From the NCBI GenBank assembly GCA_030141605.1, contig JAQGDQ010000309.1, positions 124,001 through 188,000 on the forward strand: DNA of 64,000 bases. Reading direction: 5' to 3'. This DNA comes from Tubiluchus corallicola. Its lineage: Eukaryota; Animalia; Priapulida. This document shows positions 26,530-56,352 of this stretch, one piece after another (the first letter of the stretch is position 1; every line of letters begins with the position of its first letter). The position numbers were made by a program, and so were the translations under genes. Below the pieces are notes generated by a model, which saw nothing but the letters and a program-made list of their open reading frames with translations, was not told where the DNA came from and ran no database searches.

Positions 26530-27202
26530 ATAGGCAAACACTCTCATCTCATGGAGTGCCCAACCGTTCTTCTTGCGACGCAACCACTAACTGTAAACTA
26601 GGTTTCTAAGCTTCTAAGTTTTTAAGTTTCTATCTAATTATCGGAAACACTTTTGCGCTTTTGTAGATGTAATCTTTTTACCGTACTTTATCATGGGCCA
26701 GCATATGAAAATTCATCCTGTTTTCCTTTACCCGCAGTTGTTCAATTTGATTTTAACTGACAAACGTAATGTTGCCACTGCCAAGAGGAGAAGATTATTA
26801 TTACTGTTCGTTAACTTTAACTGAATTTTTCCCGTAATCCAAAAATATCCACCCGAATGAAATAACATACCGACTATAGAACTGTAATCTTGTCCAACTA
26901 AATTATTTTGTCCAAAAGAATATATTATACATCATTAAGCTTGGCTGTTCGAAGGACTTGTGCAATTGTAAAACAAAATTCATAATAATTTAAAACATTC
27001 ATGTCACCTGATAAAACGTCAAAGCATCCCAGTGTGCACCACTGGATCACAAAAACATTATTGATCTTATTAGCGAAATGAAGCAATTTTTACTCTTTCT
27101 TGGTTAGTCAAAAATGTGCTACAGATACTCTGATTATTTTTCAAACGTCATGTAATATTATCTAAACAAATGACTTAGCGTTGAAATAGCTACACCTACA
27201 GG

Positions 27203-27600
27203 CAGGGCCTATTTCAAGGGAAGGAAGTGGGGATACTTCCCCGGGGCCTCACCTTCCAGGAGGGCCTCGCACCAAGGTAACATTTTTTTTTGTTTTATGC
27301 GAACATACTGCCTCCTCTCTCCCTCTCGCTCTCTCTCTTGCCGCACAAGCGCCGTTTGCCAGTATTGACAAGTATTAAGGACTGGTCTTGAGAATAAAGC
27401 AGTTTTTCTTTCAATTGTTCTTTCCTCTAACAACTGTGTAACTCCACATTTTTTCTTCGAAAATGCTGCTCGGGCGTTCTAACAGTTCAAAAATTTTCTG
27501 GGCGCCAACCATGCTGGCGCCCGCTCCCCGCGCTTCGCCTCCCCCCCCCCCGATGGGGCTTCACACTTCCCCGGCCTCGCCTAGGCTGAAATAGGCCCTG
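27203..27600. mobile_element. hAT-type MITE
   Basis: 14-bp TIR CAGGGCCTATTTCA / TGAAATAGGCCCTG; perfect 8-bp TSD CCTACAGG. Confidence 0.9.
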
Positions 27601-27867
27601 CCTACAGGAGTTTAAATTCACACCCTTTATAATCGCTGCTAAAGCAAGCTCTCTAATATTGGCAACTCTAGATGCCAATACCTAGATGCAATAGGCTGTC
27701 ATGTAAGTGAAATGAAATTTCAAAGGCAAATTTTTTAGCTTTATGAAGAGTATTTTCTTGTGATTTGCGTAGACTGACCAGAATGACAGTCATTCTTTCT
27801 TTTAAACTACAAAAACAAAGAAAAAATATTTCTTTGCTTTAATCTTAATTAGATAAGAAGAATCACC

Positions 27868-27948
27868 AAGTGAACTTTTGCTGTATATCTAGTTAGCTGA
27901 AGATGCCTGCTGTACGGCAGGCGAAACATATACCAAATTAAGTTCACT
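27868..27948 (+). ncRNA. Hammerhead ribozyme-like motif
   Basis: CTGAAGA(27897)-T-GCCTGC-TGTACG-GCAGGC-GAAAC, with flanks AGTGAACTT..GTATAT / ATATAC..AAGTTCACT that pair with each other. Confidence 0.55.
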
Positions 27949-28133
27949 AATATGTTTTTATGTCGTTGATGTTTCTATTTTTATTCAAACTCTGTTCTTG
28001 TTATAGCCAAGAAGAAGAGCTGCATATAAACAAAATTGTAAAATTAGCAAAGCGACTATGTTATCGAAAACTACAGTAAAAACATAGGCTAATATAGGCC
28101 ATTTGGCATAGCCTGAATGTTTTGTCTCATTAC

Positions 28134-29075
28134 CTCCTGTAGCTGACTTTGTGGTTGGAGAGTTTGGTGATGTTTTTGTTATAGTATCTTCTGGTGTTAT
28201 AGTCTTCGCTTGTTAAGGAGTTTAATGGTGTTTTTGTTATAGTATCTTCTGGTGTTGAAGTCTTCGTTGTTAAAGAGTTTGGTGATGTTTTTGCTTTAGT
28301 GTCATCTGGTGTTGTAGACTTCATTGTTAAGGAGTTTGTTGATTGTTATTGTTGTAGCATCATCTGGTGTATCAGTCTTCGTTATTGAAGAGTTTGTTGA
28401 TGTTTTTGTTTTAGTATCATCTAGCGTTGTAGTCTTCGTTGTTAAGGAGTTTTCTGATATTTCTCCTATAGTATTTTCTGGTGTTGTAGTCTTCGTTGTT
28501 TAGTTTTTTATATTTTTCTTACACTATCTTCTGGTGTTGTAGTCTTCACGGTGGTGAATTCCTGTAACTCTGTAAATAACTTTTCTATCATTACTGTCTG
28601 AGTTGTAGTTTCTTCTGACCCAATATTTATTTACTTCCTTTAGCACCGTAGATGTTGTATAATCTTCTAATACCACAGCCACAGTTGTACTTTTTTCTGG
28701 TCCAACATCTGTTGTTCTTTCTTGTGAAAATTAAAGATTCTTCCGATGCGACTGATGTAGTTGCTGTAGTTTCTTCTGGTTTACAAAGTTCTTGTGGTTC
28801 TTACTGGTTCGTCAACTGTTGTCATTGCATTAGTTTTGTCATCAAGCACAGATGTGGAGGCTTCCTCAGGAAAAGTGCAGAGTCTGAGACGCTTGTTGTC
28901 TGAGGCTGCGGGGTCGTTGTACCAGGCTGCCATACACATCCTATTGCCAAAAGTTTTTTTAATTCAACATTATTCTACACTTATTGCAAGTGTAAGCTGT
29001 TTTACTATAACGTCTTGTACACATTATATTACTGCACTTTTATTCTGGGGTTCTTGCCTTTGTAGGACACGTCAC
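28134..29075 (-). pseudogene. Decayed mucin-like exon with ~57-bp (19-aa) Thr-rich repeats
   Basis: Repeats resembling TTKTTTPEDTITKTSPNSL at ~28150-28550, preceded by a Cys-containing segment (CMAAWYNDP...LCTFPEE); several frameshifts and stops; ends at donor GAG|gtaat. Confidence 0.6.
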
Positions 29076-30009
29076 TTACAAAAAGTCAAACAAATCCGTC
29101 TTGACATTTTTATCACACATGTATGCCTTCTGCTTCATTGCATACAGAGCTTCTATTAGAGCAGACTGTTCACAGACTATACTAACCTTTTCCTAACTGA
29201 CTAAGACTTTAACACTTTAGAGTCTAATACTATCATCCAATTTAAAAAAATATGGCAGTTATACTTAGCATGATAAAATACTATTAAAAATCTGGAGTTT
29301 CACATAGATGGTAAATTAACATGGAAGACATATATAGCAACTACTGATAGCAAAATCTCTAAATGTATTAGAATTTTTTACAAGTTCAGATATTATTTCT
29401 AAATTAATGATAACAGCTGTACTTATCATATCTTAATTTATCCTATCTATGCACTATAAAACAATAAAGATTTAAAAGCCCGCGCAGACGCAGCAATATT
29501 GACGGTCGTGTGAAGCAAATTTGGATAACATTTGGAGGAACAAATCTCAGAGCCTAGGGTTTCACTCACCACATAGGGTTTCCACTAAAAACGTAATTAT
29601 GAATCATCCGTTTCTCAATCGTTTGCTTTAGTCTCCCTCTATAACACTACACGTGTAAATTTACTATAGACGCGCCTTACTGTTTATTTTAACAACTTAA
29701 CGTGACAGGAGACAGGTAAAAATTTGTAAAAGTGGCGCCGTTAAGTGTTGAGCAAACAGTTTTAGAAGTGTGTGCTGTGCATAGTCACTAAATAGAACAC
29801 ATTAAATGTTTTATTGGTTTACACGAAAAACAATGTAAGTCGATTTAATGAATGCACGCCCACATTTTGAATCAAAGACCAATCCAGCAACTGACAGTAA
29901 GTGACGTCACGTGCATTGCTTGCTGTAAACAAAGGGCCCGTTAAGATACTGTGCAGAATAGTAGAGGCTTGATATGAGGGAAGGCATTTGATATAGTAGA
30001 GAGAGGAGT

Positions 30010-30210
30010 TACTTTTGAGACCTAAAACCATACTACAAATTGATGAAATGCACAGAATTACAATTTTATTAAGAGATGATAAACTTAGCGTAAAAGTTGA
30101 GATCAACTTCGGAAGAACTTTTAGCATAAATATTGGGATCCCTCGGGGAAGCTGCCTAAGTCCTCTACTTTTCACGTTCCATCTGGCAAACCCGCTTGAG
30201 ATTTAAAATC
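30010..30210 (+). mobile_element. LINE RT fragment
   Basis: FSINIGIPRGSCLSPLLFTFHL resembles the RT motif GxPQGxxLSPxLF. Confidence 0.65.
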
Positions 30211-31986
30211 CGACAAATGACGATCATGATTACGATAACACTGTCTGTGACAATTTTCCACAACACCATTTCTGAACCACACCCATCTTGGCATGGAATC
30301 CTATGAACTATTCCTGGAAAAACAATACACAGACGACATAGTCTGGATTAGAGCATAAATTTTTCAGTTTGACAGATCAAACAGGGATTTTCCGAAAGAG
30401 CAAGAAAAAAACAAATCATCAAGTTAACCAGAAAAAAATAGATGAATATAAATGCAAGAGATGGTAGTCGGGTATGTGACATATCCATTTTACACTTAAC
30501 AAAAAGAAAGATTTGACGTAAATGCGAAGTGTGTTGATACGGCATCCGCTACGTGATTCTTGAGCAAAATGGCTGCATAAGCACTAAAGAATGATGAACG
30601 TAAAGTTCTCCTACAGCACAACAATCTTCAGCTCATTTAGGCAAAAACAGAAAACGGGTAGGTTCATCACGGTACCACAACGATATTGTGCAATATTAAA
30701 ACTGGAAGATAAATTTATTTACCAGACACATGCAATGTATCCAAACTTCAGGGAAGGCAAATATAAGAAAAGGAGTCTAATTAAAGTAAATCTATTCAAT
30801 ACACGAAGAGGAGTAGGCTGAAATACATGGAATGTATAATGATATAAATAAATTATTTAGTTGTTTTGAATGTGTAAGTGCAGTATTAACATGTACTTTT
30901 TTGCGCTGGCAAGCCTGCATGGACCATTATATTCAATATAATTCTTTTATTTCGTTGTTTTTCTTATTTCAGGGTAAACAAACTAAATTCCCTATTATTC
31001 GTGTAAATATGTACACAAAAGTGTAAACTTTTCGTTATACAAAGATAAAGTCGCAATCATTTGGTGTAAAATAAAGAAATTAGAACATACTGCATAAAAC
31101 AATATAGCAACCACTGAAACCGTGGATATTGGCTAATTCTCAGATACTGCCTAGTAGTGCATAGTATAGATCATTCTTGGACAGAAGCAATCTTTATTAT
31201 GAACATATAAACACCTGCTGCACTGAAACTCTTTAATGTGGTTGCAACTGCAATATGCATAACGACATTTATTTATTGGAAGGTGCTGCCCTCTACGAGC
31301 AGTGCGGAGAGGAAAAGATAGGAGGAGAACAACGATGGTCGCGTTTTTATTCACAGCAATGTTTTTTATCGTTATTGTGTTATAGTTAAGAACAGCGTTT
31401 AGTTATAACCAAATTTGTACCTTGAGAAATTTTAAATCTTGACGAAGAGCCAACGATGTAAGTTACATGAATTTAAATAATTTAATTAAGTTATGGATTC
31501 GATCTCTGAAATTTGAGAAAGTACTTTTGCCAATAAGTTGACTTCTTTTTAATTATTAAGCTTCTGTTTATCAATTTTATTTATTTTCTTACTTGTTAAT
31601 GTTCTTTTTATTATTCTCTTTAGAATAAACCACTTTGGAACATGAATGAAATAGTGAAGGCTTTCTGTACATAACAGTGGTCAACGCAATGAGACTTATT
31701 TCCTCGGGACAGAGCTCGTTGAACCTGCATGAATTAACACAAGGGGTGAAGTCCTACAAATGTTTGTGTAAACATTAGTTCAGAATAAAGAATGTTCTAA
31801 AATATAGAAAACTACAATAGTTTTTTAAATCAAAACTTAAGATTAAATAATTAGTTACCTCGGATACTCATCATTATTTTACTCATTTGATTTTCTTCCA
31901 ATCAAAAGAAAGCCTGCTAAGGTTTTAGACTGTATATTTACACTGGTTTTCATTCACTTCCCCTATTAAGAATCTGAACTTTGCGG

Positions 31987-32400
31987 CAGGGCGTATTAAC
32001 CAATAGGCTAACTAGGCTATAGCCCAGGACGCTAAAGTTTCAGGGGCGTAAAATTTTTAAAAAAATTCTTATTCTCTTCGGAAGATGTGTATACTTTCAT
32101 ATTCTTGTTAAGGGCGCATTTTATAACACACCACAGGCAGTTACTGAGAACAGCTTTTATATAAGTGCTACATAACGAACAGGTGCAAGATATTACACGA
32201 CAAGCAGTTGCGCAGAATTCTTAAATATAAGCGCTATGCAAATAAATACACGTAATTAATAATGACCTCTTAGAAACTAGCTTGAAACTGTTTCTAATAC
32301 ACCACAAGTAATTGTTTGACCTGCTCATTACATAAATAACCTTAAATTCACAATAGAGATGGGCGGGCTTAGGGCGTCGTAAGGGCTTGATACGCCCCTG
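31987..32400 (+). mobile_element. hAT-type MITE
   Basis: CAGGGCGTATTAA ... TTGATACGCCCCTG; body shared with 46905-47326. Confidence 0.8.
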
Positions 32401-32629
32401 GCTTTGCACTATACATGTTTCTCAGTGCATTACACATTTGGGAAAACCATTATCTAGATGAAATAACGATCCGCATTAAAAACTTTTTTTAGTAAATTGG
32501 CTTATTTTACCCCAATGGTATTTTCAAGGAACTGCACTACATAATGCTAAATGTAGTTGCTATTTAAAAAATATAGAATTTCAGCTGACCAAACATCGTG
32601 ACAAATCAAAATTGAAGAATCAGATTATA

Positions 32630-33600
32630 AATATAAACTTTATTTATTTTGAGTGGATTTACAACACAGTAGCTATTACTGATCACAGTATTTCCACTAC
32701 GTGCAGTGATGAAATATACAATTAGTTAGTTCGAGTATGTAATAATTCAAAATAGTTAATTCAAAAATACGACTAGTTCATTAGTTAATACTTAATTAAA
32801 ATATACAAAACCCGTATAATAGATACGATAGCAAAAACGATTCTCGATGAACATAAGGCTATAAGCCCATGCAAAGAATAAGTTGTACATTGCAATGCAC
32901 AATGTTGTAACTTAATTCAGAAATCCAATATATGTGGAATTAATACAATTAGTGTAGTATTACAGCAATACATATAGTTGTTTCTAGCATAAGTCGTTTA
33001 TCAATGAGTACTTGATTGAAAGACAGCCTACATAATAACTTAAAATACAATTATACGTACAATCAGTTAAGAAAACGTTTAGTGGACTTTATGTAGTTCT
33101 GCAACAATTTAAAGAGAATGCCACTGGATGGATGACCTGAACTGAGTTTATGAAAAATGTCGTTGTATATAGTAGCAGCTCTACGGTTGCCGTGTAATTC
33201 ATGAGTTATGTGCCGATAATAACAGAGCTGATCCAATAATAGTGTTCTGTGTATGTCATAGTTTGCGTATTCAAAAACATAATGGCGAGGGCTTTCAATC
33301 GAATTGTTGCAGCTACGTAAAGGGTGATCGATAATATTCCTGGAAAACAAATCACCTTTTAATTGCGAAAAATTGGCAATAAATCTATTTGTTGAAATCT
33401 CATTACTTCGATCATCATTATAATTAGGGCATACTGATGTAGTACGAACTCTCCTTAGGTTCAACAATCTGCTTTTAAAAGTAAATGGAGAAAGGAAATC
33501 CTGTCTGTTTTCAATCGGTAAACTATTCCATAAGCGGATGCCTTTCTGGGAAAAAAACTATTGTACAACTGTCGTGTTGGCCTCAAAAGAATCAGCTTAT
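32630..33600 (-). mobile_element. CR1-group LINE 3' fragment
   Basis: SQLKGDLFSRNIIDHPLRSCNNSIESPRHYVFEYANY...YIKSTKRF resembles a CR1-type ORF2 C-terminus; 3' UTR ends in AAATAAATAAA. Confidence 0.7.
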
Positions 33601-34090
33601 CTCATGTGTCCCTTGTTTTTACACCATTCTCCATCTAAGCGACACTGGTCTGTAAACCGAATACAACAATAAATTGTCTTCGGTTTAATCTAACGCCGCT
33701 CTGCAGGAACAAAAAGAATTGCTATAAGCTCTCCTGCAATTCAAATGCCAAGCTCTAGTCTATTTGGATGAATTTGGGTGTGAGCTAAATTAGGCTTTAA
33801 GAACACATCCAGGACATCCTGAAATCTGAAAGAGGCTAAAAGTGTAAAAAATCAAAAATTGTGTGCATGGTTGGTACTATTTTTATTCTTGTTACGAGCG
33901 CTTGTTTCGTGCCGTAATTTCGCCACAGTTTTCCATTTGTAGCTTACCAACTATGAATCTCATCGGTTTGTTCAGCTAAGCAGTGTGCATCTCTAATAAT
34001 CGTAAAACCATATCTTTCCCATTACGACATAATTGGTATTCGCAGACATTATTATTATTATTCCATGTGTGTCATATCGAAATGTGTCAT

Positions 34091-34629
34091 ATCTACAGCC
34101 ATATCACGTTGAAAATACCGGTTCTCGTCTGATCACCGAAGTTAAGCAACGTAGAGCCTGGTTAGTACTTGGATAGGTGACCGCCTAAGAATACCAGTTG
34201 CTGTAGGCTTGCGGGATGCCCACACTGTATCTCGACACTAGGCGGAAAGCTGCACAAGCAGCCAACGGCTAGAGGGCGGAGGAGGTCAAGTGACCCAACG
34301 GCCATGTGTACAGGAGTAAACCTTCCAAATCAGGAGTGGAGCACCGAAGGCGGACCAGTGCAGCATGCTCACTGACTACGACAGCTCCTGAAGCCAACCT
34401 GGTGCCAAACGTATCGCTCCGCTTTCCTTTGGACTACACCAGCGAGGAAGAGAGGGGGTTCCTGTTGTCTGGGCAACTCAGGCTCTCCATACACTTTGCC
34501 CAGGCATATGCCCTGGAGAGGCCACTCCAGTGGTTCAAGGATCGGATTGCTCAGCCACAGTCGACGCTGCAGCTCCATCAATGTGATCAATGAATAACTC
34601 CATTGTCTTCCGAGACAGAAGGATGCCAA
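34091..34629 (+). mobile_element. Full-length 5S rRNA-derived SINE (SINE3-type)
   Basis: 34091-34210 is a complete 120-nt 5S-like head ending GGCTT with no T4+ terminator, fused to a ~420-nt body also seen at 201-620; 11-bp TSD CATATCGAAAT (34073-34083, 34630-34640). Confidence 0.9.
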
Positions 34630-34765
34630 CATATCGAAATTACTTTCTTGCTATGAAGGTAATTATCACCAACTTTGCTTTTGGTGTTTCATTAATAAAA
34701 CATTACATTTATTACCTATACTACCGTTGCCTATATTACTTTATTACCTATACTATGCTACATAG

Positions 34766-35037
34766 GCCTACATTGAGTGCATGGCATTAATGCCACGCCC
34801 AAGTGCTACAAGAAAGTTCCAGACGTTACAGTTACAACTGGTCTGGAGTCTCTTACTGTTGCTAGTCTATTGCAATGTGCTTTTAGATGTGCCGAGAATG
34901 AAACATGTGAGGGTTTTGGACACGAAAAGAAAGAAGTAAAAGAACATGAGTGTCACCTACTGGCAGCTAAGGCTTATGACATGTGCACTGCAGTGAATAA
35001 CGACTCAGCATCTGGATCTTACTACAGTATTCGAGAG
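34766..35037 (+). pseudogene. PAN/apple-domain-like exon, possibly disabled
   Basis: KCYKKVPDVTVTTGLESLTVASLLQCAFRCAENETCEGF...ECHLL has PAN-like Cys spacing (CxxxCxxxxxCxGF...C); acceptor catag| 34765 and donor GAG|gtaaaa; in-frame TGA at 34774. Confidence 0.55.
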
Positions 35038-35167
35038 GTAAAATTGCAAAATGAACTAATACTGTATTTTACGAATAAAAGGTATTTTTGCTATAACGTA
35101 CGTATATAACGATGAATTAATCCTTTATTTTAAAATTCATACATGTATTTACATGAATAGTCCCCAT

Positions 35168-35168
<1 letters not shown>

Positions 35169-35249
<81 letters not shown>

Positions 35250-35282
35250 ACTGTCTCTCTCTCTATTCCACTTATCTATCTG

Positions 35283-35346
<64 letters not shown>

Positions 35347-35387
35347 ACTGTCTCTCTCTCTCCCACTGCTCTCTCTCTCTCTACTCT

Positions 35388-35439
<52 letters not shown>

Positions 35440-35502
35440 TCTCTCTCTCTCTCTCCCACTGTTTCTCTCTCTCTCCCACTGTCTCTCTCTCTATTCTCAC
35501 TG

Positions 35503-35595
<93 letters not shown>

Positions 35596-35596
35596 A
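35169..35596. repeat. (CT)n microsatellite
   Basis: Direct observation. Confidence 0.97.
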
Positions 35597-36046
35597 TTAT
35601 ATTGTGTTGGATTGTATTAAAGAGTACAGATGACAAAATTAAATCTCGGCATTTTGTCAAATGCTTGAAGTTTGTCATAATCCTTTGCGTACTTCATGAT
35701 TTAATCTTAGGTCATCTACTCATTATCTTACAATTCACTTTAACTTGCCCTGTCTACATACTTACATGGTACATGTAAACAACATAACCCCTATTCACTG
35801 ATACTGATAGCACCATAATAACACTATACATGTTGTTCTTCGCTGGTTACTCAAACACGGTGGTCAAACACAGTTTATGACTTTCAAACGCAAGAGAAGT
35901 CTATACTCGCTGTCAAACAGGTGCAAATGAATACACTTACCTTTGATTTATGGAGGCTGACTATGCGTGCAGAAAGTGTTAAGATGTTTTTTAACATTCT
36001 ATGATTATTATTGTCAATTTTTGCTTTTTTCCTCTCGTAACTGAAA

Positions 36047-52888
<16,842 letters not shown>

Positions 52889-53282
52889 AATGATCACATA
52901 CTTTTTAACGAAAATCTATGACTCAAATAATTATCACTTATACAATATGCTGCACAATATTTCAGCATAAACGTTCTTGTTCTTAACAACGATAATGCAT
53001 GAGTCTTAGAAAATGGTCCTTACGCAACGTTAAATTCTTTTATGTGCAAAAAAGTTCTTATACGTAATAATGTTAATGCAAGGCCATTAGGAAAAGTTGA
53101 TCTCGGACCATTGGAAAAGGAGGTTCAAGCCTCACAAAGGACAGAATTTAAACAACTAATGTTCTTGACTCAGTGATGCAGCAATTAAGTGATATAAATT
53201 AATACAGTACATCTATATATGACAGACTTGATGTATATGATGCCGTGTGATCTGCAGTGAAAATGATTGAAATTTGAGTTGT

Positions 53283-56200
53283 GCTCAAGTTACGTACAAT
53301 ACCCCTTCGTTCATTGTATTATACGAGTGAGCCATCAAACTGCTAAGCTTATTGAAAGAGTATAGCTTATAAGGTCGTGGCGCCATCTTGTGTGAGGTGC
53401 ATCAACTGTGCATTGTTGTTGGTTGTCAACTACTCTAATAGAACAGTTGCACACTGGTCGTTCGTTTGCATCATTTAATATTGTGTCATATAACAATCAT
53501 TGTGTAATAGCAAGAAGCCAAATAAACACAATAATTAAATCTACATTGTGCTCGGTTTGTTAGTTAAAGTTTGTTAATAAACTTTGTCATATTTTTATAT
53601 CGGGTGGCGCAAAAAAAGTACCGAAGTTTCGACTGTAATTATAGCATTAGAAGCAAGTGCCCTGCAAAAATTGAAGTTTCACAGCAAGCTACTACAATAC
53701 ATTAACTTTTGGCTGTGAACGTAACGAGTTTTTAGGTTTAGTAGTTTTTAAGTTATGGCCGAAAGCTTTTGTACGTTAAAAAAATAAATGCATGGACAAT
53801 GTCCACTTAATCACCAATTGAAAAACGTTAAAGCGCCGATAAATGGCATGGATGAAAATGGAGTGTAATCCCCTGAATTAAGGTATCTGGATTTGCTGAA
53901 AAACAAAGTGTACCAAGGCCACACAGAATTGTTTGTTACTGACAAACTAAAGCAGAAATTGTTGAGTTCTATGATCAAGATTCCCCTTAAAGGATGATAG
54001 GATGATTTTCCACAACGTAAGTCAATCTAAAATATATTATGAACACATAAATAATTAAAGTTATCAAAGTCCACAGGCCAACTGAACAATATAGAGGCGT
54101 AAAAGGGCCAAAGATAAAATACAGAATACTAACCCGTTGAGGGTTATTGGATGCCAGCCTTCTTAAACCGGTGAAGATGGGAGAGGTCGGGTGTGGGCTA
54201 ACAACCCATACCCGCAAGAAACATGGCACTGGAGTGTCACGGCCTGATACACCTCCTGGTGTGGAAAGTAACAGGATAATTGAAGCCGAAAAATTACAGA
54301 TTTTACTCATCAAATTACTTTCTCTTTTTGTGTTTCTTGTACAAACTGGCAATTATGTGAATATGCAGAATTCGTTTGTAGAAAACAGAAAGCATAGAAG
54401 ATTACTATCACAAAGGGGTAGTACATCAAATTATTACTGTACAAAATAACGATGTTGTATGTAAAATATTACTATCATTATTATTATTGTGTGAAATTGT
54501 GTGTCTAGTTCTACTAAAGGTCTTTTCAAAACGTTAATTTTTTTCACGTTCACTCTTTTTTAAAATATGCTTTACTTATATATTTAGTTTTGATGCAAAT
54601 AGCGATAACATATATAAAGAACTTATCAAGTTTTATAGATGAAAATTATGTATAAAGATGACAATTATGCTCAATTATTTTCATACAACTTTAAATCATT
54701 ATTTAATCTGCCATGCTAATAAGTGCCCAAATTAATCAAACTTATTGCCAAATAAAGTGCAGCTGACTTGATGACTCTTTAGTAAATTCGCTACCCTATT
54801 TCGTTGACTTTATAATTACTTTATTAACACATTTATTACTCTAATTAGGTTTGTATATTTTTATTAAATGTATACGTTTCTGAAATGTTAAAGAGAAAAA
54901 TAAACCTGATTTGATTTGATTTTGATTTACAACAGAGGAACAATATTGAAAGTCAATATCCCTATATCGTAGCTCACTTGCATGTGTATTTAAAGATGTT
55001 CTTCATTGTTACATACATACCTTTAGCATTCGATGCTGCTACTTGATTTATAGCATTTGTATTGCTATTTTGTATGCTGTCAAACGTAATTCTCGTTGAA
55101 GTGGTATAAAACTAACGAATGTGATATTTTAGACTGATAGATAGATATTTTATTTCTGAAAATCAAATTTTTATGCGAAAATTACAAAATCTGTGCGTGC
55201 CCGATGGTTTTACCAGCAGGCAGAACTCGGGTAATGATTTTCAGATTATACTAACCATTTCATCCAACATGTACGCTGCTCAAGGTATATTCACAGCTAC
55301 ACAATGTTATATAACACTGTTTTATATGTTCTACAATGTTATATATACAATGTTCACAGTTATGGCAAAATCTATGCATATCATTTAAAATTTTAAATAT
55401 AATAATATTAGGCCTATCCTCCCTAACTGCAGAGTGATCTACAGTAATGATAACTAAGTATAAACGAAGTTATAGTGTTAGCCGGAGTTGTAATAATAAA
55501 TAACAGTGATAGCAATATGCCAGTTGGTTCGTTAAATTTTAACATGGTTGCCGTTTCAGGTTTTGACCTGTTTAAGGGAAAAAAATCACTTTTGCTTGGT
55601 GTTTTTTCCGCATTTTGTTCATTAATAAAAATAGAAAAACAAAGTGACACATTTAATACATTTCGTAATTATAACAAAAAACTTAATTTTAGCAGAAAAC
55701 GCAAGTTTCTTCTCGTTCTCCACGTTCATCCGCCTAAGTAGAAAATATATTCATCCGCCTAAGTAGAAAATAATCCCTACTAAACACATTAATTAGTTAC
55801 AAAATGTTCCAAACTACTAATTATTAGGAATTTCACAATTTAACGATTACTTATTTTTGAGAAAAAACACAATAAAATGAAATTGTAGTGCTTTTAAACA
55901 AATTTAACAAATTTAAAGTCACTTGCGTAAGGACATTTCAAGTCGTGTGAAAATTTCTCGCACTTTACATTACTTAAAGGGGTGGGAAGCAAAACATCAG
56001 ATAGGTACCACATTAATAATAATTATCACCTGCAGCTGTGACATAACACCGCTCTCAACGCACCTAAAGTACTGAAGTTGATGTCGTATTACCTTATAAT
56101 ACTCTCTATCAGTAACGAGAATAAACAGTCTAAACTCTAAAGGCCAATAGACCAATGATGTTTGCTGCTTTTTGGAAAATTCCGACTTCAAGTAGCTAAG

Positions 56201-56352
56201 TCAGCAGTTTTTATGGGTAACGTTATTATGATGTTTGTCGAACATGGCTTGTGTTTCAACCAAACGCATGTAAAGCAATTAATAGCATGTAAAACATTAT
56301 TTAATTTGTTTTTATTTGTTTATCCATACAGTGTTATGAATAGAATTACAAT
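53283..56352 (+). repeat. Segmental duplication, copy 1
   Basis: Colinear, highly similar to 61297-64000; carries an extra ~350 bp (55566-55914). Confidence 0.93.
53600..53990 (+). mobile_element. Tc1/mariner remnant within the duplicated segment (also ~61625-62010)
   Basis: TIR-like CGGGTGGCGCAAAAAAGTA and transposase C-terminal-like IWDLLKNKVYQG...TDKLKQKLLSS. Confidence 0.55.

Noticed and set aside
34091-34210. Functional 5S rRNA gene
   Set aside because: No oligo-T terminator, several substitutions, fused to a repeated body and flanked by a TSD; it is a SINE head.
34774-34776. Selenocysteine recoding of the TGA in the PAN exon
   Set aside because: Position is in a signal-peptide-like region rather than a redox motif, and no SECIS was identified.
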